From a bacterium (lineage in GTDB: Bacteria > Patescibacteriota > Microgenomatia > CAZETR01 > Amesbacteraceae): a DNA stretch of 53,707 bases. The position numbers and the translations under genes are program-made. The number at the start of each line of letters is the position of its first letter. The stretch's first letter is position 1. Location: the NCBI GenBank assembly GCA_030647735.1, contig JAUSIY010000044.1, positions 1-53,707 of the forward strand. Reading direction: 5' to 3'. Below are positions 19,440 through 27,862 of this stretch, piece after piece. Below the pieces are notes generated by a model. The model ran no database searches. It worked only from the letters and a program-made list of their open reading frames with translations, and was not told where the DNA came from.

Positions 19440-20338
19440 GATTCGAATAATTTAGGCTGGTTAGTGTTTACCTCTACTTCTCCTCCCAAGCGTTTAATTA
19501 AACTTTTATATCCTAGTTCCTGCAAAACTGCCAATAATTTTTCCTCGCTCGGAGTTTGAGCTTCCTGCCAATTGGCGGTTACCGGAACATCTGTTTTAAT
19601 TGTTGCTAACTTTTGAGACAATATCGCTCCCTCATATCCAGTCACCAGTTTATTGCGAGCTGCTTCGGGTACTTGAGGTAAATGTTTATAAAGATTATCT
19701 AAAGATCTAAATTCAGCCAGAAGATGGGCGGCTGTTTTGGGACCGATTCCGGCCACACCCGGATAATTATCACTACTATCCCCCACCAGGCCTTTATAAT
19801 CGATTATTTGATCTGGGGGAACACCCATCCTGGACATGACAATTTCTTCATCAACCAGAGTTGCATCGGTTAGGCCTTTCTGGGGCATGTATAAACTCAC
19901 TTGTTTATTCACCAGCTGCATTAAATCCCTATCTCCGGTAATGATGGTTACTTGAAATTTATGTTTACCTGCTTGTTTGGCCAAGGTGCCAATAATGTCA
20001 TCTGCTTCAAAGCCGGCAGTTTGAAACACCGGAATGCCCATTTTTTCTAGAACCAGCTGAAGTTTAATTACTTGACCCCAGATATCTTCTGAAATCTGCC
20101 GATCTTTCTCGCGATTGGTTTGATATCCCACATACATGGTATGACGAAAAGTAGGACTGGGATGATCAAAGACCACAATTAAATGAGTCGGCTTTAACTC
20201 ACTAATAGCTTTTAACAGCATTGATAAAAAGCCATATACTCCAGCCGTCGCTTCCCCGCTACGATTGCGCCAATCAGGAAGAGCATAGTATGCTCGGTGA
20301 AGCAGGCTATTTCCGTCTAGTAATAATAAGCTCTGCAT
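19436..20338 (-). CDS. stand-alone 5'-3' exonuclease (FEN / Pol I N-terminal domain homolog)
   Basis: LLLLDGNSLLHRAYYAL, IITGDRDLMQL and VGDSSDNYPGVAGIGPKTA (H3TH). At 300 aa it has no polymerase domain. Confidence 0.85.
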   Translation of the reverse strand: MQSLLLLDGNSLLHRAYYALPDWRNRSGEATAGVYGFLSMLLKAISELKPTHLIVVFDHPSPTFRHTMYVGYQTNREKDRQISEDIWGQVIKLQLVLEKMGIPVFQTAGFEADDIIGTLAKQAGKHKFQVTIITGDRDLMQLVNKQVSLYMPQKGLTDATLVDEEIVMSRMGVPPDQIIDYKGLVGDSSDNYPGVAGIGPKTAAHLLAEFRSLDNLYKHLPQVPEAARNKLVTGYEGAILSQKLATIKTDVPVTANWQEAQTPSEEKLLAVLQELGYKSLIKRLGGEVEVNTNQPKLFES

Positions 20339-20362
20339 GGCTCAATTTTAACCTAAAACTGA

Positions 20363-21148
20363 TTAGATTCCCTTAGCATCTCGGTGTGATGCAATCAAGC
20401 CGGGAGCGCGCAACTTCCTTGTCAATTCTATAACCTGAGGTAAAAAACCACTTAACTGAGACACAAAAATTATCGGTTCCAGATCAACGGAAATCTGTTT
20501 CGCTTTGGCTAAATAATTAGTCTTCAACTGATTCATTCTGGCCATGATTTGCTCATGGGTTAATCCATCACTTTTGAAAGCAGTGTAAAAGCTGGGTCGG
20601 TTTTGAGATGAATCCCCTCTCCAGCCCACTTGATCATCCACTACTTGAAGGGCCATCACTGAGAAAAATAACCCCCTTATCCATCTTGGAACATCTGGAT
20701 TAAACATAAATGTTTCAGGATCAACTATTTCTTCATAATGGCCGAGCCCTACAGCAGAAACAGACATAGCTAGAGAGATGGCATTCACTTGCTCCCGATA
20801 CTTAATTATTTGGTATGCGGCAACACCAGGATCCGGCCGGTTTCTTTCAACCATTCTTAAGTTAGCAAAATACTGTCTGTAGTCCGGTAGGCTTGTTCGG
20901 CGGCGCAGTTGACGGTACGTCCCGGCCGCAAGTTCTCCTAAATCATAATGATTGTTTGCAATTATTCCCAAAGCTAATATGTCTCCTAAACTGTCCTCTT
21001 CAACTGGATCAATTGCCTGCTCCTGCTGTCTGGCCACATAAGTTAGAGCAGCTTCACAGGCAACACGAAACTTAGTTCCCCGCTTCTTCCGCAAGGTCCC
21101 TAAGGCACAATCAGCAGCCATTAGATATCTCCCGGCTGATTCCCACAT
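20363..21148 (-). CDS. hypothetical protein (261 aa)
   Basis: Intact ORF with TATAAT 7 nt upstream of its ATG. It is predicted to be alpha-helical and has a single acidic patch, VVDDQVGWRGD. No family assigned. Confidence 0.5.
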   Translation of the reverse strand: MWESAGRYLMAADCALGTLRKKRGTKFRVACEAALTYVARQQEQAIDPVEEDSLGDILALGIIANNHYDLGELAAGTYRQLRRRTSLPDYRQYFANLRMVERNRPDPGVAAYQIIKYREQVNAISLAMSVSAVGLGHYEEIVDPETFMFNPDVPRWIRGLFFSVMALQVVDDQVGWRGDSSQNRPSFYTAFKSDGLTHEQIMARMNQLKTNYLAKAKQISVDLEPIIFVSQLSGFLPQVIELTRKLRAPGLIASHRDAKGI

Positions 21149-21187
21149 GGGGCTAATTATACACCCTATAGTATAGGGGCACTAATT

Positions 21188-21613
21188 TTAGTCTTCTTCC
21201 TCTGGTGGGAAAAACCCACTGGCTATATTACCCCAAGTATCCAAATCATTTTCCCAGCTTCCATAATCTCCTTGCCCATAATAATGGTTATCAAGGTATT
21301 GATCTTCCGGTGTCTCGCTCGAACCTCTTCTCCTGGCTCTTATCTTTAGCAGTTTGCCCTTTTTAACCAGATCTCTTAACTCTTCATGGTCCAGGCCGGA
21401 ACTGGGTTTAATTCGGGCTACCTCAGTCTGGAATTTATCTTTCCATACTATATATCTCTGTTCTCTGGCCTGAGCACACTTGAGGCAACCACACTTATCA
21501 AGATGTGGTTCCTGATGCATTAAGTCGGCCAAGTAAGCTCTTTCTGTCTTTCTGACAAAACGGGTGGCCTCCTCAACTATGGAGCCATCCATAAAATTCG
21601 GCTTTTCTGGCAT
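21188..21613 (-). CDS. hypothetical protein (141 aa)
   Basis: Intact ORF 10 nt downstream of ftsH with a CGCLKC motif and an acidic aromatic C-terminus. No family recognised. Confidence 0.45.
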   Translation of the reverse strand: MPEKPNFMDGSIVEEATRFVRKTERAYLADLMHQEPHLDKCGCLKCAQAREQRYIVWKDKFQTEVARIKPSSGLDHEELRDLVKKGKLLKIRARRRGSSETPEDQYLDNHYYGQGDYGSWENDLDTWGNIASGFFPPEEED

Positions 21614-21623
21614 TTGGGGAATT

Positions 21624-23504
21624 CTAGCGCATTAATTGCTCAAATTCATCTCCATCCATGTTCTCCACCTCCAATAGCTTGATTGCTACTTTGTCCATTT
21701 GTTTGCGCCGTTTCTTCAATATTCCCTGGGCCTTTTTGTAAGCTTCGTCAATAATTCGCTTGACCTCTACATCAATTTTAGACTGCATTTCAGGGGAAAT
21801 CTGGGTAGGTTCATACAACGCCTTGCCCCACTCCACCATATCTTGCCGGGGACCATAGTTAATTGGCCCTAACTCACTCATGCCGTATTCCATAACCATT
21901 TGCCGGGCGACCTCCGTAGCTTTATCAATGTCACTACTAGCTCCAGTAGTGAACTCATCAAAAATTAATTCCTCCGCAGCTCGTCCTCCCAGCATCATGG
22001 CAATTTGGGACAGCAGCCGGGATTTAGTTTCATGCACCCGGTCGGCCGTGGGCGGAACCAAAGTGTGGCCCAAACTCATGCCTCGGCTGACTATAGAAAT
22101 GCGATGTACGGGATCCAATCCATCTTGAGCCCAGTTAACTACTGCATGGCCCGTTTCGTGATAAGCCGTCATTTTGCGATCCAGGTCAGACTGAATCCGT
22201 TTCTTCTGCGGACCTAATTTGACCTTGGTGGCTGACTCTTCAATATCTTTAGCCAGAATTTCCTTGCGGCTTTCCCGGGCCGCACCAATAGCAGCTTCAT
22301 TGAGCATATTCTCCAAATCTGCTCCGGAAAAGCCCACTGTACGCTTGGCTACTGCATCCCAATTTACATCCTTAACAAAAGGTTTATTGCGGGCATAGAT
22401 GGCCAGAATTGCTTTTCTGCCTTCAATGTCCGGCATGTCTACCATCACCCGCCGGTCAAACCGGCCAGGCCGCAGCAGCGCCGGATCCAATAGATCTCCA
22501 CGGTTAGTAGCTGCCAGCACCACCACGTTATCATTGGGAGTAAAACCATCCATTTCCACCAGGATTTGGTTTAAGGTCTGTTCCCGCTCGTCATGACCCC
22601 CCATGATCCCGTATCCCCGCTGCCGACCGATGGCATCAATTTCGTCAATGAAAATGATTGACGGGGCTGTTTTTTTAGCCGTAGCAAACAAATCACGCAC
22701 CCGGGCACTGCCTACACCGACTAACATTTCCATAAATTCTGATCCGGCCATGGAATAAAAGGGCACACTGGCTTCCCCAGCTACGCTTCTGGCTAGTAAC
22801 GTTTTACCCACTCCCGACGGCCCCACCAGTAATACTCCTTTGGGAGTCCGGGCCCCCATGACCCGATACTTGGCGGGGTTTTTCAAAAAGTCGACTATCT
22901 CCTCTAGCTCCTTTTTGGCTTCATCTACTCCGGCTACGTCTGTGAATTTGACAGACTGCTTGCCTTTATCAAACAGTTTAGCCCGACTTTGACCGAAAGA
23001 AAAAATATTATCCTGTGCTCCCCGAGCCTGTTTGAACATATACAGCAATACCAGCATTACGAATCCGGTACCAATAATACTCGGCAAGGCCGCACCCAAT
23101 ATTTGACCCAATGTTTGATCTTTGATTTCATATTTAACCGACTCGGGTTCAATGCCCGATCGGTCTAAAATTTCAGTGAAACTTACAGTGCTCTCTTTAC
23201 GCGAAAAGGCAACTTCCGCTTGATCTTTGTAAGTCAGTTGTAGTCTGTCAGCATAAACTTCTACCTTATCTACCTTGCCAGATTTAATATCAGCTAAAGC
23301 CTGAGATAACTGCACTTCCTTAGCTGCCCGGTCCCCGGAAAACCATAAACCAACCAAAGAAAAAACCATCAGCGCTACTACTCCCCACCAGATTAAGTTC
23401 TGGATATTAAAGTTCATTTGCAGCATGAAACCGTGCAAAGGCTTCTTGCCATTTTTTCCGTTTACTTTCGGAGGGATTGCTAATTTATGACTTACCTTGG
23501 CCAT
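21624..23504 (-). CDS. ftsH: ATP-dependent zinc metalloprotease FtsH
   Basis: Walker [12 protein letters not shown], Walker [13 protein letters not shown] region [20 protein letters not shown] and zinc motif HETGHAV. Confidence 0.95.
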   Translation of the reverse strand: MAKVSHKLAIPPKVNGKNGKKPLHGFMLQMNFNIQNLIWWGVVALMVFSLVGLWFSGDRAAKEVQLSQALADIKSGKVDKVEVYADRLQLTYKDQAEVAFSRKESTVSFTEILDRSGIEPESVKYEIKDQTLGQILGAALPSIIGTGFVMLVLLYMFKQARGAQDNIFSFGQSRAKLFDKGKQSVKFTDVAGVDEAKKELEEIVDFLKNPAKYRVMGARTPKGVLLVGPSGVGKTLLARSVAGEASVPFYSMAGSEFMEMLVGVGSARVRDLFATAKKTAPSIIFIDEIDAIGRQRGYGIMGGHDEREQTLNQILVEMDGFTPNDNVVVLAATNRGDLLDPALLRPGRFDRRVMVDMPDIEGRKAILAIYARNKPFVKDVNWDAVAKRTVGFSGADLENMLNEAAIGAARESRKEILAKDIEESATKVKLGPQKKRIQSDLDRKMTAYHETGHAVVNWAQDGLDPVHRISIVSRGMSLGHTLVPPTADRVHETKSRLLSQIAMMLGGRAAEELIFDEFTTGASSDIDKATEVARQMVMEYGMSELGPINYGPRQDMVEWGKALYEPTQISPEMQSKIDVEVKRIIDEAYKKAQGILKKRRKQMDKVAIKLLEVENMDGDEFEQLMR

Positions 23505-23516
23505 CTCTCGGCCATT

Positions 23517-24989
<1,473 letters not shown>

Positions 24990-24995
24990 AATTGT

Positions 24996-25004
24996 ATTAT
25001 ATCA
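24996..25004 (-). promoter_or_regulatory. extended -10 promoter (TGATATAAT) of the trpS leader
   Basis: The reverse complement of 24996-25004 is TGATATAAT. The TGA is also the stop codon of the upstream nuclease gene. Confidence 0.5.
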
Positions 25005-25589
25005 CTTTGCCAGCCGACGTTCGTATTTTAATTCTCCTCTATCAGAGTAGTTTTGAATCCATATCGCCCCTCTTTTATACAGCTCTTCCTGAACTAACAG
25101 TCCTTGTTTGCAACCCCCGGGGTTGTCCACTAAACCCGGATGGGACTGGTTGGCAGACAAATGCATGTAATCGGCCGGTAAAAACTTAGGGGTGAACCCG
25201 CAGTTGATCCACACCCAAGCCAGTATCCGCCCATATTTATCATTCTGGTACCGGTCGTATTCCAGGTAGACTTTTTTGTTTTCTACCAGCTGACCCAGGT
25301 CCTGCTTCGCCGTGGCCTCATTCTCATCGCCGCGATTGGGAGCATCAACTCCAATTAGTCTCACTGTCACTCCGGACGCTAAAACAAAAGTATCGCCATC
25401 AATAACCTGCTTAACCAAACCAGAGCTTGGAAAGACAGATTTATTAGCATAGTAATTGGATCCCCATTTCTGCCAGCCTGCCCAGCCTAACCCGGCAGCC
25501 AAAATTATTCCGGGAATTAACGTTGCCGGTAGACCGATTTTGCGCAACCAACTGGTAGAAATCTTTTTAGGAGCCTTGCTTTTCTTCAC
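25002..25589 (-). CDS. secreted/membrane-anchored thermonuclease (staphylococcal nuclease homolog)
   Basis: TM/signal segment followed by VIDGDTFVL...VRLIGVDAPN...YLEYDRYQNDKYGRILAWVW, typical of the SNase fold. Confidence 0.85.
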   Translation of the reverse strand: MKKSKAPKKISTSWLRKIGLPATLIPGIILAAGLGWAGWQKWGSNYYANKSVFPSSGLVKQVIDGDTFVLASGVTVRLIGVDAPNRGDENEATAKQDLGQLVENKKVYLEYDRYQNDKYGRILAWVWINCGFTPKFLPADYMHLSANQSHPGLVDNPGGCKQGLLVQEELYKRGAIWIQNYSDRGELKYERRLAK

Positions 25590-25647
25590 TTATCCTAAGT
25601 GTAGCAAAACGGTTGACATAATCACTATTTTGAAGTAAATAGGTGGC

Positions 25648-25902
25648 ATGGCCTCGTGCGACAATTGCTTAGCTGGATATGGAATACACTGTGAGGATCA
25701 AAGGTTTTTCAATCTCTGGTTTCAGGAAGCTCACATTATTGTTAATGGAGCAATTGCTTTGCGGACTTCTGAACCGGTAGACAGCTGCCCAGTTTTAACC
25801 GATACTATTCCCCAAAAAACAGTGGCAAGCAAAATACTTGAAAATGCGGCCAAAGCCAGAAGGACTATCGATTTGTCAGCTATTGGTCCGGGTAACTGGT
25901 AA
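25648..25902 (+). CDS. hypothetical protein (84 aa)
   Basis: The ORF is preceded by TTGACA (25613-25618), a 17-nt spacer, TAAATA (25636-25641), a 6-nt spacer and then ATG. No homology recognised. Confidence 0.45.
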   Translation: MASCDNCLAGYGIHCEDQRFFNLWFQEAHIIVNGAIALRTSEPVDSCPVLTDTIPQKTVASKILENAAKARRTIDLSAIGPGNW

Positions 25903-25950
25903 GTCGATTCGGTTTGAAAAGCAGTTGCGTGTTACGGAGAGGGGATGAAA

Positions 25951-26229
25951 TCAGGACCTACCCAGAGTCTTATCTTCAGGATTAAATTTATGCTCTCCTA
26001 ATAGGATATGAGAAATCCGTAGTCTAAAAACTTGTTCAGGGGTAAGTTTTTCAAGGGCTAATTTTATGAAATACAGTTTGGCAGCAGGCTTTAATTTAAC
26101 TTTTACTGTCTGATCACCATCATGTAACTCATTCAAGTGCAATGATCGCGCAGCACTTATCTCAGTCTCTGTTCTACCCTTCCCCAGAACATGGTTAATC
26201 CATCCGCGCACTTCGCTTTTTGGTGGCAT
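25951..26229 (-). CDS. hypothetical protein (92 aa)
   Basis: Intact ORF preceded by TTGACT, 16 nt, then TGATAGAAT. No family recognised. Confidence 0.4.
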   Translation of the reverse strand: MPPKSEVRGWINHVLGKGRTETEISAARSLHLNELHDGDQTVKVKLKPAAKLYFIKLALEKLTPEQVFRLRISHILLGEHKFNPEDKTLGRS

Positions 26230-26286
26230 AACTCCGACATTCTATCAAACCAATATTCATAGTCAACCTGACGGGCAAAATTTGTG

Positions 26287-26356
26287 TTGCGGGGCCGGGA
26301 ATCGCACCCGGTCTGGAAGATTATGAGCCTTCCGTGCGGCTTTACACTACCCCGCA
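26287..26356 (-). tRNA. atypical tRNA with CAU anticodon (Met or Ile2), reduced D-arm
   Basis: Minus strand TGCGGGG-TA-GTGT-AAAGCC-GCAC-G-GAAGG-CTCATAA-TCTTC-CAGA-CCGGG-TGCGATT-CCCGG-CCCCGCA-A. The cloverleaf is complete, but the D-loop is 6 nt with no GG and the T-loop has G at position 55. No CCA is encoded. Confidence 0.6.
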
Positions 26357-26373
26357 TGTCAAAATACTTACCA

Positions 26374-26397
26374 ATTATACCACTGAAATGGTAAAAT
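26374..26397. promoter_or_regulatory. back-to-back extended -10 promoters for the two divergent CAU tRNAs
   Basis: Minus TGGTATAAT (26382-26374) and plus TGGTAAAAT (26389-26397) are 6 nt apart. Each lies 14-17 nt from its tRNA 5' end. Confidence 0.5.
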
Positions 26398-26411
26398 TGA
26401 AGCTGGTTCGA

Positions 26412-26484
26412 GGCTGGGTAGCTCAACGGTAGAGCAGCTCTGTCATAAAGAGAAGGTTTGTGGGTCCGAATCCCACCCCAGCCA
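26412..26484 (+). tRNA. tRNA with CAU anticodon (elongator Met or Ile2 type)
   Basis: GGCTGGG-TA-GCTC-AACGGTA-GAGC-A-GCTCT-GTCATAA-AGAGA-AGGTTT-GTGGG-TCCGAAT-CCCAC-CCCAGCC-A. G1-C72 is paired and the anticodon stem lacks a GGG/CCC run, so it is not an initiator. No CCA is encoded. Confidence 0.85.
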
Positions 26485-26826
26485 CTAAATCCGGATGTAT
26501 AAATCCCACCACTTCCGCCAGTTTGGCCGGATATCTGATTCACCTAAGGTCGACTGATTAGTTGACGGGTCCGGCAAAATAAGGGTGGTTTCTCCCTCTC
26601 TCCCGTAACCTAATTTGTCTCTGGCTTCCCGTTCAATAAATTCCGGACTGGATATTTCCGCCAATCTTTGCTTCAGTTGCTGATTTTTAAGTTGCTCCTG
26701 CTGTAGTTGACTGGTAGCCAGACTTACTTGTTCTCCAGTCTTCCACAACTTCCATAAGGCTACCCCCTGCCTAGCAGCAATCAGAATTCCCGCTACAATA
26801 ACGATCCACTGCCATTTATTTTTCAT
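26485..26826 (-). CDS. ftsB: septum formation initiator (FtsB/DivIC family)
   Basis: TM helix followed by the coiled coil LQQEQLKNQQLKQRLAEISSPEFIEREARDKLGY. The start is placed at ATG 26826, which is preceded by AAGAGGAGT (SD). The ORF-track start at 26844 is a GTG. Confidence 0.75.
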   Translation of the reverse strand: MKNKWQWIVIVAGILIAARQGVALWKLWKTGEQVSLATSQLQQEQLKNQQLKQRLAEISSPEFIEREARDKLGYGREGETTLILPDPSTNQSTLGESDIRPNWRKWWDLYIRI

Positions 26827-26887
26827 ACTCCTCTTGCTAGTCACGATTGTATCTTGTAAAATCCCCTAGGTAAACAAGACCTGTAGT

Positions 26888-27763
26888 ATGAACACACTTC
26901 CAGATCCAGTCAGTTTCGCCAGTGCTCTGGCTAAATTTTCCGATCATCTTAAGGATCAGAAACGGTCCTCGGCTACTGTCATTGCTTATGCTAACGATTT
27001 AAAGCAATTACAGGCATACCTGGAGGAACACCGGATCACTCAGGCAACTACTGTGCAAACTCCCCACTTACAAGAATACGTAGCCTACTTATCTAACCAC
27101 AACTACACAGCCAAAAGTGTCAGCCGCAAACTAAATTCGATTAAATCTTTCTTCAAATTTTTAACCATTCAAGGACTTACTTCCGTTGACCCAGCCAAAC
27201 CATTAGGTCATCCAAAATACGCTACTCTTCCTCCGAGGATTCTATCCACAGATGAATATAAAAAACTGCGGGATGCTTCCCGACTGGATATTCGCATGTC
27301 CGCTATTGTCGAGCTATTACTGCAGACCGGAGTCCGCATCTCGGAACTGGCTAATATTCATCTCGAAGACGCCAGTAAAAATGAATTGACAATCAGAACT
27401 GCCGAGAATAATCCCGCCCGCACTATCCCTCTAAACCGCTCAGCAGCCACCGCTGTACAGAATTATTTAACCATTCGACCTCAGGTCAAAGATCTCCATT
27501 TATTTGTGACTAAAACCGGCCGGCCGCTATTAGTCCGCAATATCCGCACGGCCATTGACCGCTATTTTCGCCATGCCGGAATCAAAAATGTCAAAGTTAA
27601 CGACTTGCGCCACACTTTTGTGGCCCACCAATTGCAGGCCGGGGTAGACCCAGAGTTATTGGCCAAAACTGTTGGTCACAAACGCTTATCCTCTACCAGT
27701 AAATACTTAGACTTCGTCAAAACTACTGTCTCCACTCTGTCTTCCCGTCTCGTAGAACTTTAA
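26888..27763 (+). CDS. tyrosine site-specific recombinase, XerC/XerD-like
   Basis: N-terminal SAM-like domain (IAYANDLKQLQAYL). The catalytic region contains ELLLQTGVRISEL (R), LRHTFVAH (H-x-x-R) and GHKRLSSTSKYL (H...Y). Confidence 0.85.
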   Translation: MNTLPDPVSFASALAKFSDHLKDQKRSSATVIAYANDLKQLQAYLEEHRITQATTVQTPHLQEYVAYLSNHNYTAKSVSRKLNSIKSFFKFLTIQGLTSVDPAKPLGHPKYATLPPRILSTDEYKKLRDASRLDIRMSAIVELLLQTGVRISELANIHLEDASKNELTIRTAENNPARTIPLNRSAATAVQNYLTIRPQVKDLHLFVTKTGRPLLVRNIRTAIDRYFRHAGIKNVKVNDLRHTFVAHQLQAGVDPELLAKTVGHKRLSSTSKYLDFVKTTVSTLSSRLVEL

Positions 27764-27770
27764 CCCCGGA

Positions 27771-27779
27771 TGTTAAAAT
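27771..27779 (+). promoter_or_regulatory. extended -10 promoter (TGTTAAAAT) of tRNA-Ile
   Basis: TGTTAAAAT ends 11 nt upstream of the tRNA 5' end. Confidence 0.45.
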
Positions 27780-27790
27780 TATCTAAATTA

Positions 27791-27862
27791 GGGCTCGTAG
27801 CTCAACGGTAGAGCGGCTGTCTTATACACAGTATGTTGGAGGTCCGAATCCTCCCGAGCCCA
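27791..27862 (+). tRNA. tRNA-Ile with UAU anticodon
   Basis: GGGCTCG-TA-GCTC-AACGGTA-GAGC-G-GCTGT-CTTATAC-ACAGT-ATGTT-GGAGG-TCCGAAT-CCTCC-CGAGCCC-A. The anticodon TAT is at 27823-27825. Confidence 0.85.

Noticed and set aside
20363-21148. Terpene/isoprenoid synthase assignment for the 261-aa protein, based on VVDDQVGWRGD.
   Set aside because: There is a single acidic patch with no second metal-binding motif and no other family hallmarks. The evidence is insufficient.
26287-26356. Calling the minus-strand CAU tRNA the initiator tRNA-fMet.
   Set aside because: The acceptor stem resembles E. coli tRNA-fMet. However, position 1-72 is a U-A pair, 11-24 is Y-R, and the anticodon stem lacks the three consecutive G-C pairs. 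Its identity is left open.
26157-26543. 128-aa minus-strand ORF spanning the tRNA locus.
   Set aside because: It reads straight through two tRNA genes and their promoters, and its sequence is low-complexity (GGSGGIYTSGFSGWGG). It is spurious.
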